Assembly (NCBI GenBank): GCA_048883405.1
Contig: JBHLQS010000003.1
Coordinates: 1 to 59,527, forward strand
From: Candidatus Thorarchaeota archaeon
GTDB taxonomy: Archaea > Asgardarchaeota > Thorarchaeia > Thorarchaeales > Thorarchaeaceae
Reading direction: 5' to 3'
Length of the DNA: 59,527 nt
A program made the position numbers and the translations under genes. The notes beneath the pieces are model-generated. The model was given only the letters and a program-made list of their open reading frames with translations, ran no database searches and was not told the origin of the DNA. Shown in pieces: positions 49,885-59,527 of the stretch (position 1 is the stretch's first letter; each line of letters opens with the position of its first letter).

Positions 49885-51690
49885 CTAGTCTGATGTCACC
49901 TGTGGCTCACGGCGCTCATATTCACCAGCGTCTTCGCCAGCCTGTACTGAAACGTTGATTTTCTTCTTGTCACCAGGATTCATTCTAGTCCATGTCCAGA
50001 CCAGATTCGTGCCATCGACTACAGGCTTCTCAATAGGTGCTTCTTCCGTTGGGTCAGCTGACACGTATTCGAAACCAGCAGGGATCCAGTCAGTCACCTC
50101 AACGTTCTCCACAGTCACCTCGCCCTTGTTCTCTATTACAAGAACCACTATGTATTGACCCGGATCTGAACCTTTGTTGATGCCTTTCTTAGTCGAGATG
50201 CTTCTCTTCCTATAGAGAATACCAATTTTATGGCCATCCTCTGCACTTGCAGCCTCTCCAGCAAGACCCTCAGGATATGTGTGAGCTTCACAATGGATTG
50301 GTGAGGGATATTCCTTCTCAGGCCTGTTTTTCCATGCCATAATCGCATAGTTGATCTTGACTGATTCGCCAGGCTCCACCTCCCCCACTGAGTCCTTGAG
50401 ATTGAGAATCTTGAAGTTCATCTTATGTGGAACTTCAGGATTCTGATCATCAGGGTCTATAGATACCACGAATTCGCCGCTATACTCTTCGCCTCTCACC
50501 CAGACTGTAACATGTTCTGGCTTCGGAGGCATCACATCATCAGGCAAGCTGTCCTCAACAATGAATGAGTTGAGTCGAGCGGTTCCGATATTCCTCACAT
50601 CGATAGTTACCTCCACTGGAGTCTTGTCGAAACTACTGACTTCGGGAGGATCGAACTCCTTAGTATAGTCAATGCGTACAACAGGCAGTTCCTGTGGAGT
50701 TTTCTCAACTGTTCCAAGGACCCGTCTTGTGATGACTCTCATCGGAGTGTAGACCACTTCTTGGGTGCATTTGGGCGGCGACTTGCTGCCAATCTCAAAT
50801 TTCGAGCTCCAGTCCTGATTTGGGGACATCTCCAGTCTAGGAGACTCATCAATCTTCTTCTGCTTCTCTCCCCCATCCTCAGGTGTGAGATAGACCTCCG
50901 CCTTATCTAGGCGAACCATCAGGTCGCTCTCATTGGAGCATTCCAAAATGCACTCCCATTGGTTTGGCTCTGTTTCGGCTGTTTCGATACCTGTTAGAAA
51001 CTCAGTCAGTGCCGTCATATCAGGGGTAAGGCCAGACCTTTGCTGATCTTCACCTCTGTATGTGACTATTATCTCGCCAGCGCTCTTAATCTCGGTGTCT
51101 TCAGCATTCCCAGTAGCTGAAATGACAAGTGTCGATTCCTCCCTAGGATATACGACGAAATCCTTCCATATGATTGTCCGTGTTCCTTCATCGAACTCTG
51201 TGACCCCTGAGCTTGTAGAATCAACATTCACCATTGTGAGCTCGGGTGGAATGGTCTTGTTGAGAACGATATTGTCAAGCTGCCCATCTGTTTCATTCTT
51301 CACTTTGATTGTGATTTTGACGGGATTCTCCTTTCCGTATATATACGCCCAGTGAGGTTTGTCAGTAGATACTGTGCCACAGGTATCAAACCTCTCTGTG
51401 AGAGTAAGAATTGGCTTCTTGATCTCGACTGTGTAGTCAGTCTCCCATTTGGCACCAGCATCGACCTCGCCTGCTGGTATCGATTCTTCAGAGAAGCTCG
51501 TACCTCCGCCGCTTCCTTCAAGAAGCACACGGACATTCCAGATTCGTGATCTATCTGAAACATTGTTGACAGATAGGACCCCTCTGGCGTCGGCGTTCTG
51601 AAGACGACTACGCTCGCCGATTGTCGCCTTTTCGGTTTCCTCTAAGTCGATTACGACAGTTTTGTGTTCACTCAATTGGAACTCACCCAT
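49885..51690 (-). CDS. Soluble multi-Ig protein; putative mu-homology domain plus DUF11-like domains
   Basis: No signal/TM; repeated V...N.G.....V.D.(I/L)P units; MHD-like motifs (see findings); GGAGGGTGA upstream of ATG 51690. Confidence 0.7.
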   Translation of the reverse strand: MGEFQLSEHKTVVIDLEETEKATIGERSRLQNADARGVLSVNNVSDRSRIWNVRVLLEGSGGGTSFSEESIPAGEVDAGAKWETDYTVEIKKPILTLTERFDTCGTVSTDKPHWAYIYGKENPVKITIKVKNETDGQLDNIVLNKTIPPELTMVNVDSTSSGVTEFDEGTRTIIWKDFVVYPREESTLVISATGNAEDTEIKSAGEIIVTYRGEDQQRSGLTPDMTALTEFLTGIETAETEPNQWECILECSNESDLMVRLDKAEVYLTPEDGGEKQKKIDESPRLEMSPNQDWSSKFEIGSKSPPKCTQEVVYTPMRVITRRVLGTVEKTPQELPVVRIDYTKEFDPPEVSSFDKTPVEVTIDVRNIGTARLNSFIVEDSLPDDVMPPKPEHVTVWVRGEEYSGEFVVSIDPDDQNPEVPHKMNFKILNLKDSVGEVEPGESVKINYAIMAWKNRPEKEYPSPIHCEAHTYPEGLAGEAASAEDGHKIGILYRKRSISTKKGINKGSDPGQYIVVLVIENKGEVTVENVEVTDWIPAGFEYVSADPTEEAPIEKPVVDGTNLVWTWTRMNPGDKKKINVSVQAGEDAGEYERREPQVTSD

Positions 51691-51717
51691 TTTGTCTCTA
51701 ATCACCCTCCCGGGTGA

Positions 51718-52434
51718 CTATTCTGGCTCAGCTGACATGGAACTGACTGAATGCCTGAATTCATTACCAGCAGCCCACTGCACTTCTAGTGTCTGTCCTG
51801 CATCCATCAGGAGAGGAGTAGTCTTTTGCCCGAACTGTTCGATATACTTGGCGAACTTCTTGGGTTGGTCCTCCGAGGTCCATCTGACAGGGATACCGAT
51901 TTGGGGGATTGCATCAATACAAAGACTGACTGCATCTTTTACAGCAAATGCATGTTCGCCTCCGACTGGTACAATCATTACATTAGTTTCCAGCTGTCCG
52001 AAAGGGCCACGTACCAGACTATCCCCAAGATATGACACTTTCATATTTGCCATCTCAATATGAAGACCCAAATTCTCAATTGTTTCGCCTGTTTCCATAC
52101 TCCGTTTCTGAAGCGGAAACGGTGTCACTTTCAGACCCGGAATCTCATAAGGGACCTCGGGCTTGAGAGTGTGCAGGAGCCAGGCCTTTGCACCCTTTTC
52201 ACGGGCTCTCTCTATTGTGGCTTCGTTACCGAGAATCCACGCCTTTGAGTTCAGAGCGATCTCTGCAGCGTTTCCTAGTGCGTCATCCTCTTGGTTTGTC
52301 GCAATGATGACTCGGCAGTCAAAAGCATCCGGGACAACTGACTCTCCGTCCCATGTTCCTGGATTCAGGAGCACAGTTGTTTCCTGTGTTTCCAATGCGA
52401 ATGAAGTCTTTCCAAAGTATGCTATCTTGAGCAC
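51718..52434 (-). CDS. Degenerate MBL-fold protein (UPF0173-like)
   Basis: KIAYFGKTSF, YLGDS, MIVPVGG layout; HxHxDH replaced by TNQEDD; GTG 52434 preferred. Confidence 0.75.
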   Translation of the reverse strand: MLKIAYFGKTSFALETQETTVLLNPGTWDGESVVPDAFDCRVIIATNQEDDALGNAAEIALNSKAWILGNEATIERAREKGAKAWLLHTLKPEVPYEIPGLKVTPFPLQKRSMETGETIENLGLHIEMANMKVSYLGDSLVRGPFGQLETNVMIVPVGGEHAFAVKDAVSLCIDAIPQIGIPVRWTSEDQPKKFAKYIEQFGQKTTPLLMDAGQTLEVQWAAGNEFRHSVSSMSAEPE

Positions 52435-52608
52435 TGGACCACTTCCCGTAGTTCCGCTTGGTCGCCAACTTGCCAGAATCCTTGCGGTCAAAAAAATCGT
52501 AGGCTCAGTTCCTTTTAAGACAATCTCCGAGGAACGGCGCAAATCCTTATTTTCATTGAGAATGATGCATCCACAAGCATGTAGCGCTTGCTATGGAGAT
52601 TAGTAATA

Positions 52609-52920
52609 ATGCAAGTAGTACAATATGGAGTCAGTATGCCGGGTATATTGGCTACTGGCTTTCTGATTGGAATCATTCTGATCATACTTGGAAATAGGGA
52701 AAATCAGAATCTTGAGAGAAGAAATCATTTGATTGGGCTAGGAATAATGGTCATTGGAATAATGATTCCTATAACCCCTCTGTCTTGGTACCTCTATTGG
52801 GTAGGCATTGTTGGTTTACTAATACTTGGTGGAGAACCACAAATAGTAACCCTCTTTGCTTTAGTCATTGGCATCATTATAGTTTACCAAGGTACACGTA
52901 TTTACAGAAGAAAACAATAG
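52609..52920 (+). CDS. Small three-TM membrane protein
   Basis: Three hydrophobic segments, basic C-terminus, AT-rich coding sequence. Confidence 0.65.
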   Translation: MQVVQYGVSMPGILATGFLIGIILIILGNRENQNLERRNHLIGLGIMVIGIMIPITPLSWYLYWVGIVGLLILGGEPQIVTLFALVIGIIIVYQGTRIYRRKQ

Positions 52921-53082
52921 GTCCTCTGCTTGGAGAAATAATTGCATTCTGTGATCCGATTCTTCATCTCATTTTCTTTGAAACCACTCATCCAAACCGA
53001 GTGCTATGTTTTTATGATTCAGCCATGAGAAACAACTGAGGTTGAACTAGTTTCACTAATCGACTGATTGAGAGAGGGTATC

Positions 53083-54375
53083 ATGCTAGAGAAGATTCTC
53101 ACGGACAGGTTCAGAGAGATTCTAAAACTAGTCTTCACAGACATAGACAATCAACAAGATAGACGTGATGCAGAGGAGTTCTCAAAGGATGAAGTTCGCA
53201 TTAAGGAACAGCTTCTAGATGTCGTTGATCCCTATCCATCTGACACAATCCTCGAAGAAGACTTTCTCATTGCGGCCGTGGATGGCTCTGGCACGGAGAA
53301 TCTGATGCTCTTGGATGATATCAGAGTGCATCTCTTGAGTACAGCAACAAGTGTGCTAGACACCAACACACGGTCTGAGAAACTCTTTGCTCCTATTGGA
53401 ACAAGGGCCTTGGAGGAGCGTCTTGGAGGTCAACCCCATCTAGACGTACATTGGCACTCAGGAGTTAGGAATGACGCTCAAAAGAAGATGGCAGAAACAT
53501 TGGAATCGATCTATCCTCTCAAAGACGTGGTTGACATCATCCTGCCTTTCTTTAGAGACGATACAAAGGATGCTATCTCCTCAATATCTGACTTCACTGG
53601 AACTGATTACGAGAAACACCTCCCAGAACTGAGAGAAATGGAGACCCTGATATCAAGGGCACAGATGCTCACAAATCCTGTGGTTCATGATGAATTACGC
53701 AAGGTATCAGAGTATGCAGCTGCAAGAGACGTGTTAACCAGTGACATTCGTCCAAAGTATCTGTTTCTCGATGGTGCACTTTCAATCTTTATGCACTTTG
53801 TGAAGAAATACCCCTCAATGCCAAGTGGATTCATGCTTCGCGAGCTAGCATCTTTGGCAAGAAAGGAGGGCGTTGTTCTATGTGCCGTGAGTAAGAACCA
53901 CACAATTCCCTTTGCACATCAGATTGCAAAGATGGCGCAGGACATCTTTGGGGATGGTGCCAAATGGTTCTGTCAATTACCATGCGGAGATGATCCCGGA
54001 GGAGGCCTTCATATTACCGAGGACCGAACCTATATTCCTCCACGATTAGCCGTTCCCTATCTCTTCAGCTTCTCCCAGGATAATCGACCTTCACGAATTG
54101 ACTTTGATAGAGTCTGGTGGCTCGAGAACGTGTTTGTAAGAGGCGATCCAGTGGCTACGAGACAGAATGAGAAAGCCCTCTTTCGTGATATTGAATTCAT
54201 GTCACGCGATGCACGATGGTATGGATACCCTGTACCTCTGGCGCTTGCTCACGAGGCTTGCAAGCTCAGCTATGAGGACTTGAGGCTTGCTCGAGAGATA
54301 TGCAAAGATGTTCGGCACGAAATTGGTCTGGAAACAAGAAAGACTGAGCCATTAAGAGTAGACTATAACCTATGA
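53083..54375 (+). CDS. nurA: NurA nuclease
   Basis: AAVDGS, FLDGAL, AVSK, GYPVPLALAHEAC; operon context. Confidence 0.88.
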   Translation: MLEKILTDRFREILKLVFTDIDNQQDRRDAEEFSKDEVRIKEQLLDVVDPYPSDTILEEDFLIAAVDGSGTENLMLLDDIRVHLLSTATSVLDTNTRSEKLFAPIGTRALEERLGGQPHLDVHWHSGVRNDAQKKMAETLESIYPLKDVVDIILPFFRDDTKDAISSISDFTGTDYEKHLPELREMETLISRAQMLTNPVVHDELRKVSEYAAARDVLTSDIRPKYLFLDGALSIFMHFVKKYPSMPSGFMLRELASLARKEGVVLCAVSKNHTIPFAHQIAKMAQDIFGDGAKWFCQLPCGDDPGGGLHITEDRTYIPPRLAVPYLFSFSQDNRPSRIDFDRVWWLENVFVRGDPVATRQNEKALFRDIEFMSRDARWYGYPVPLALAHEACKLSYEDLRLAREICKDVRHEIGLETRKTEPLRVDYNL

Positions 54376-54392
54376 GAGTGAGGTTGTGAATA

Positions 54393-56147
54393 ATGTTAGA
54401 TAGAGCTGATCTCGGAGAACTATTCGGAAAGGTAGGCATGGGCAATCAGAACATGCTAGGTATCATGGGAAGCAACCGCGACATAAGCGTTGGCGAGATA
54501 TTCATGATATACTCACAGAGAGATGGCCATGAACGTGTCTTCTTTTTCAGAGTACTCGGACTGGAAAACTATCTCAGGCAAGTCGATGACATGGCTAGAG
54601 TCGCTGGCACATTGATGGTAGAAGGCGATTCATACCTGTCTGGAATTGAGAGAAACATGCTCCTCTCGGTGGATGGAAGGATGCTGGGCTACGCTGAGGA
54701 AACCGGGGACGGCTGGCGGTTCATGTCCCCTAGACGACTTCCAGACCATCTAGCAAACGTCTATCGACCAATACCAGGCACATCAGACAGGCCCGTCAGA
54801 GAAATGCTGAGTTCACAGACAGACGGAAGCGTCCGTGTTGGAGACCTTCAGATTGGTGAGGCAACTCTTGATGTTCCCGTCATGATTCCCGCAAAATTCC
54901 TGCCCATGCATGTTGGCATTTTTGGCTCGACAGGTGCTGGTAAGAGCAACCTGATGATGGTTCTGATCAAATCAATAATCGACTCTAACTTGGATTATCT
55001 CCGCGAACCTGACAGTGGGCATCCCAGAGTATCCGCATTCTGTATAGACCCACATGATGAGTTCGCGAAAGGTGTAGACAAGTATGGAATCCAGAATGTG
55101 ATTGAGGAGATCGACCCAACAACTAGAAAAGATGTCATCAGCGACTTCTACTATCTTACAACTCACCTGAAAGCCACTCCCCGAGAGATTAAACGATACG
55201 CAAAGGAGATCCGTGTACTTTGGGAGGAGATTCGTCCTCGAGATCTATACTCGATCATGGAGTTCACTCCTCAGATGTCCTCTTTCATCGATGCTCAATT
55301 CAATCGGCACCGTGAGAACTGGGTGAGTGAGATACTTGGGATGGATGAGGATCCTGAGGGAACACCCAGAGGGACGCTTAATGCAGTTCAGCGAAGACTC
55401 CGCTTCCTAGAGAGGTCTCCAATCTTCATTGAGAGCGGAAGTTCCATCCTTGGCGACATCTTTGAAGCCATGGAGACCGGACGGATCTTGGTGGTAAACA
55501 CCAGTCTCATGAGAGATATGGAGCAATTCTTACTTACGACAATAGTGACCAGAACTCTATCAGACATGAGGCGCGCACTCAAGAGTAGTGGAAACATTGG
55601 GGACTTTTTGCGACAGGGCGAAATGCGGCTGCCAAAACCATTCTTTGCAAAAGCGAAAACCCAAGCGAAATCGTTCTACGGCAAAGAAGGAGTTGGCGAT
55701 GAATCACCTGTAAGGGACCCTCGTGACCTTCCTGTGATTCTCATCACAGTTGAAGAAGCACCAACTATTCTCAATCCTGAACTCATGCGCGGACAATCAG
55801 TATTCAAGGACATATCGCGACAAGGACGTAAGTTTAACATGGGTCTCCTCGTGGTGAGTCAACAGGTCAGCGTACTTGATAATGTAATTCTGAGTCAGAT
55901 GAACACAGAAATCAATCTCCGCTTGGGAAATGAGCGTGAGATAAGGGCCTGTATTGAGAATGCAAGTGTCAACATATCCGGATTTGAGAATGAGTTCAGG
56001 GTCATGTCCCGTGGTGAAGGAATCCTAACTGCATCGTACAGAGAAATGCCATTGCCAGTTAAGATACCTCTATTTGATACAGTCTTCGAACGGGATAAGG
56101 GAAGGTACAAAGGAAAGGGTTCTCCGAAAAAGGAGCGTACACTTTGA
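54393..56147 (+). CDS. herA: HerA ATPase/translocase
   Basis: HAS-barrel N-terminus, HVGIFGSTGAGKS, DPHDE, VEEAP, RQGRKF, VSQ, ILSQMNT. Confidence 0.9.
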   Translation: MLDRADLGELFGKVGMGNQNMLGIMGSNRDISVGEIFMIYSQRDGHERVFFFRVLGLENYLRQVDDMARVAGTLMVEGDSYLSGIERNMLLSVDGRMLGYAEETGDGWRFMSPRRLPDHLANVYRPIPGTSDRPVREMLSSQTDGSVRVGDLQIGEATLDVPVMIPAKFLPMHVGIFGSTGAGKSNLMMVLIKSIIDSNLDYLREPDSGHPRVSAFCIDPHDEFAKGVDKYGIQNVIEEIDPTTRKDVISDFYYLTTHLKATPREIKRYAKEIRVLWEEIRPRDLYSIMEFTPQMSSFIDAQFNRHRENWVSEILGMDEDPEGTPRGTLNAVQRRLRFLERSPIFIESGSSILGDIFEAMETGRILVVNTSLMRDMEQFLLTTIVTRTLSDMRRALKSSGNIGDFLRQGEMRLPKPFFAKAKTQAKSFYGKEGVGDESPVRDPRDLPVILITVEEAPTILNPELMRGQSVFKDISRQGRKFNMGLLVVSQQVSVLDNVILSQMNTEINLRLGNEREIRACIENASVNISGFENEFRVMSRGEGILTASYREMPLPVKIPLFDTVFERDKGRYKGKGSPKKERTL

Positions 56148-56157
56148 GGAACGAATA

Positions 56158-57465
56158 ATGACAGTTCGCATCGCACACATCTCTGACACTCACCTTGGTG
56201 CAAGACCACGTCATGGTGTCAAGCACAACGTCTGGGGTGAGGAGATGCGAAGCCGTCTTCTGGAGAATGACTTCTACGAACGGTTTGCTGAGTTATTCGA
56301 TAGGATATCTGAGATGTCCCCTCCTGTAGAACTAGTGATTCATTCAGGAGACCTCTATAACTCACCATGGGAGCACAATCCCTCCCAGCCTCCTGTTGTG
56401 GCTCAGGAAACGGCCATGAGAGTTCTCAAAGAATTCATTGACAAGACTGGAATCCCTGTGTTGATTCTAGAAGGGAATCATGGTCTCTATCGATCACTAG
56501 ACGTTTCTTTGCTTGACACATTGAAGATGGCGGTACCAGGATTGAATGTAGCGACTCAGGTTGATCTAAAGCGAGCCTTTGCTGAAGGCAAGCCACTTGT
56601 CTTTTCATATGATAACTTGGACGTCTTTTGCATTCCATTCATTGACCATGCAGTTCTCGCATCTCAGGGTCTTCTTAGTGACTTCACTAGTTGGATATCC
56701 TCGTATCAGACTCCAAGCTCTTCAAAGATATCTGTAGGTGTTGCCCACGGTATGGATATCGACAAGTCATTATACACGGCCATTTTTGAGATGGGCTATG
56801 ACTACATCGCATTGGGCCATGACCATCACCAACACAAACATGCAAGGAAAGCTTGGTATGCAGGGTCCCCAGAACGATGGAGATTTGATGAAGCTCGTCA
56901 TGAGAAAGGACTCTTGATTGTGGATTTGGAGCTAGGCGAAGATCCGAAAGTCACACCAATCGTTTTGGAATATGAAAGACCTGTATTCAACGATAAGATC
57001 GACATAGATCCTGATGACACTGAATCAACAGTGATTGAGAAGGTAACGGACTGGCTAGAAGCCAAGGGAGTGAAAGAGCCATGGGCGCCATCTACTGCAA
57101 GCCGAATACGGCTAAGGTTAGAGGGCAAGGCGCCTCGTGTTAGTGGCTTTGAGCTAACTATGGCTTTGGAGGCCTTGAGAGCCAAGCTCCTTGCAGTTGA
57201 ATCAGAGTATAATATTGCACAGTTTGTATGGGAGATACGACAGGCGGAAACCGACCACAGTCCCTCAGCATATCCTGAGATTGACTCCGAATTCCTGATT
57301 GAAGATCCTGAGGAAGACTTCCGCGCTTATTTAAAGACGCTTGAAGTTGATGAGAAGTACAGAGAAGAAACCCTCACCAAGATCGCAGTAGAGGCGCTAA
57401 GACTCTCTGTTCGCCGCAGTGATGAGAGTCTAACACTAGAGAATCTGTCGGAGGGAGAGGATTGA
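56158..57465 (+). CDS. mre11: Mre11 nuclease
   Basis: HISDTHLG, HSGDLY, GNHG, AHG, YIALGHDH, YAGSPERWRFDE. Confidence 0.92.
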   Translation: MTVRIAHISDTHLGARPRHGVKHNVWGEEMRSRLLENDFYERFAELFDRISEMSPPVELVIHSGDLYNSPWEHNPSQPPVVAQETAMRVLKEFIDKTGIPVLILEGNHGLYRSLDVSLLDTLKMAVPGLNVATQVDLKRAFAEGKPLVFSYDNLDVFCIPFIDHAVLASQGLLSDFTSWISSYQTPSSSKISVGVAHGMDIDKSLYTAIFEMGYDYIALGHDHHQHKHARKAWYAGSPERWRFDEARHEKGLLIVDLELGEDPKVTPIVLEYERPVFNDKIDIDPDDTESTVIEKVTDWLEAKGVKEPWAPSTASRIRLRLEGKAPRVSGFELTMALEALRAKLLAVESEYNIAQFVWEIRQAETDHSPSAYPEIDSEFLIEDPEEDFRAYLKTLEVDEKYREETLTKIAVEALRLSVRRSDESLTLENLSEGED

Positions 57466-59527
57466 AGATCCTTCGATTGGAGCTTCAGAACTTCAAACCA
57501 TTCCGGAAGCTCACACTCCCAGAAACTGATGATGAGTTACCTGGTGGGCTCATTATTGTGCAAGGCCCAAATTCAACAGGTAAATCCTCACTATTCGAGG
57601 CTATTCTTTGGGCTTTGTGGGGACCAGTTGCAGTTGAGCCAACCAATGACGAGCTAATCAATTTCGCTTCATCATTCTGTGAGGTACGACTTGAGTTCGA
57701 AGTCGCGGGCACCCGCTATGAAATCAATCGGTCCTATGACCCTGCGAAAGGGATGTCGGTGGTTCTATCAGAAGAAAAGAAGGGTAAATGGAAGAGAATA
57801 GCGGATAAGAGTATGACTGTAGGTAGAATGATGGATGAAATCCTCAATCTGGAACCCCAACAGGCATTACAGACACTGCTAGTTCGGCAGGGCGAAGTCG
57901 CATTGATTGCTAATGCAACACCGTCAGTGCTCAGAGACCTGCTTGTCAAGGTCTACAACATTGAGCTGCTTGGTGAGATGACAAAACAGCTTGAGAATCT
58001 GGAACGGAATCTTGGCATACAAATAGATGTGAAAAAAGAAGAATATCGAGATCCAGAACATATCCGTGAGCAGATAGATTCCACTAAGGAACGTATCGAC
58101 ATAGACGAGAAAGAGCTCAAGATAGTACAGGAGGAGAGCAAAAAGGCCGAGAAGGACCTTGAGAAACTGCCAAATCCCAAGGACCTCAAGAGAGCGAGTG
58201 ACATTCTACAAGAGCTCAGACTGAAAGAGCAAGAGCATGATAGGAGTATACGAAGCCGAGATAAGGAATTACGTTTGGCAGGAATTGTTGGTGCCGACTC
58301 AAGAATTATTGGTGCGCGTCTAGACTCACTCAAGAATGAAGGTGCCCGCCTAGAAGAAGAAAAAGAAAATATAGTCGAGAAGTCTTTTGGAATTGAGAGG
58401 AATATCGGAGCACATGAGGGACTGATAGGAGATCTTGAGGACAAGACCTCATCACTGGAAGGCGAAGAGGCCATCTGCCCGACATGCAACCAGCCGCTTT
58501 CGGACCATGATTGCGAGCGTGTCGTTACAGAATATAGGGAGATGGCTGCTGTTCATAAAGCAAAGGTTGGGGAGCTTGAGAAGGACCTGAAAGCTGTCCC
58601 AACTGAGATCAAGGAAATTGATGATAGACTGAGAGCAATTCATCGTGCACTTGATGCGGCAAAACGCCTGGTTGAGCAACAGGTGGAAGTTGAAGACCTA
58701 GGGAGAGAAGTTGAGGCCATAGCGAAGAAGCTTGGTGTGATTCTTGAGAAAATGGAGGTCGACAGTGTTGAGAAGCTGCTAAAGAAGCACAAGGTCAAGG
58801 ACATAGTTGATCTTCAGACCTATATTCGAACACTAAGTAAGACCCTCATTTCGAACAAAACACACATAGGGTCCGCCATCAAACGAATCGAGAAAGACAG
58901 GAGCCAAGTCAAAGAATTAGAAGAGACAGCTGTCAAGATGAGGGAGCTAGGTGCTGAGATAGAATCCTTGGAGGATCTCAAGGAGCATACAAGATATGTA
59001 CGGCGGAAACTAGTTAGCGGATTCATTTCAGACTATGTCTTTCAGAAGAGATTGATTGGAATCATCAGGAAAGCCACCAATCGGTATGTAGATGCATTCA
59101 CCAATGGTCAGTACACCTCGGTTGACCTCGAACCAACTGCCGCAAAGGGACGTGGTGGTGCTGGCTTGCTTCTCAGAATCTGGGATGAGCGTGACAAGGC
59201 GAGGAAAAGGACAGCCCAGCTTAGCTTCGGTGATCGAACAGCTATAAGCCTTGGTCTACGACTCGGAATAAGCAGAACTATGAGCAGCATAAGGCCTTTC
59301 AAGGATAGTCCTGCCATTGCACCGCGTGTCAGAAGTGTGCTTCTAGATGAGCCTCTAGGAGGCTTGGACACTGAAAGAAGGATCTCTGTTGTCAGAAACT
59401 TGGTAGGTGATGAGAGTTTCGAACAGATCTTTCTCATCACACACACTGATGTAAGAGGCTGGGAGGGTGTTCCTGTCATAGAGGTCAGTAAGACTGGTAG
59501 TGCTAGTGACGCAATCCTCGCCCTCTC
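57462..59527 (+). CDS. rad50: Rad50 SMC-family ATPase (stop lies beyond the window; absent from the ORF track)
   Basis: TTG start overlapping mre11 stop; LQNFKPF, GPNSTGKS, VRQGE, hook CPTC (58476), LSFGD (59220), LLDEP (59340), LITH all in one frame. Confidence 0.93.
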   Translation, partial: MKILRLELQNFKPFRKLTLPETDDELPGGLIIVQGPNSTGKSSLFEAILWALWGPVAVEPTNDELINFASSFCEVRLEFEVAGTRYEINRSYDPAKGMSVVLSEEKKGKWKRIADKSMTVGRMMDEILNLEPQQALQTLLVRQGEVALIANATPSVLRDLLVKVYNIELLGEMTKQLENLERNLGIQIDVKKEEYRDPEHIREQIDSTKERIDIDEKELKIVQEESKKAEKDLEKLPNPKDLKRASDILQELRLKEQEHDRSIRSRDKELRLAGIVGADSRIIGARLDSLKNEGARLEEEKENIVEKSFGIERNIGAHEGLIGDLEDKTSSLEGEEAICPTCNQPLSDHDCERVVTEYREMAAVHKAKVGELEKDLKAVPTEIKEIDDRLRAIHRALDAAKRLVEQQVEVEDLGREVEAIAKKLGVILEKMEVDSVEKLLKKHKVKDIVDLQTYIRTLSKTLISNKTHIGSAIKRIEKDRSQVKELEETAVKMRELGAEIESLEDLKEHTRYVRRKLVSGFISDYVFQKRLIGIIRKATNRYVDAFTNGQYTSVDLEPTAAKGRGGAGLLLRIWDERDKARKRTAQLSFGDRTAISLGLRLGISRTMSSIRPFKDSPAIAPRVRSVLLDEPLGGLDTERRISVVRNLVGDESFEQIFLITHTDVRGWEGVPVIEVSKTGSASDAILAL

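Noticed and set aside
57485-59479. Minus-strand ORFs in the last 2 kb, and other nested antisense ORFs across the window
   Set aside because: Shadows of well-supported genes (here rad50); S/L-rich with no motifs

Overview
Archaeal chromosomal window with about 60 genes, two tRNAs, and no CRISPR array, integrase or transposase. PriL, ABCE1, FBP aldolase/phosphatase, archaeal-type TpiA, ArcS/RaSEA and NurA-HerA-Mre11-Rad50 make it archaeal. The gene repertoire suggests an Asgard lineage such as Thorarchaeota, which is inference and untested. Most content is housekeeping: DNA repair, gluconeogenesis, archaeosine synthesis, redox, and a four-gene MacB/LolCDE-type ABC operon. The top lead is a soluble ~600-aa all-beta protein (49885-51690) with four collinear motif matches to the eukaryotic mu-homology domain (adaptin mu, delta-COP, muniscin), co-oriented behind a metal-less MBL-fold gene. 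Other leads: several apparent pseudoenzymes (M24, Nif3, MBL); a Par14-like parvulin; a possible eL39-like protein with an acidic repeat tail; ABCE1 lacking Fe-S Cys6; a short Rad50 with an LSFGD signature that the ORF track missed; a decaying two-gene tandem duplication with a hidden pseudogene; a candidate box C/D RNA; and twin tRNA-Arg genes flanking a small gene. All family calls are by-eye motif recognition against recalled consensus sequences; no searches were run.
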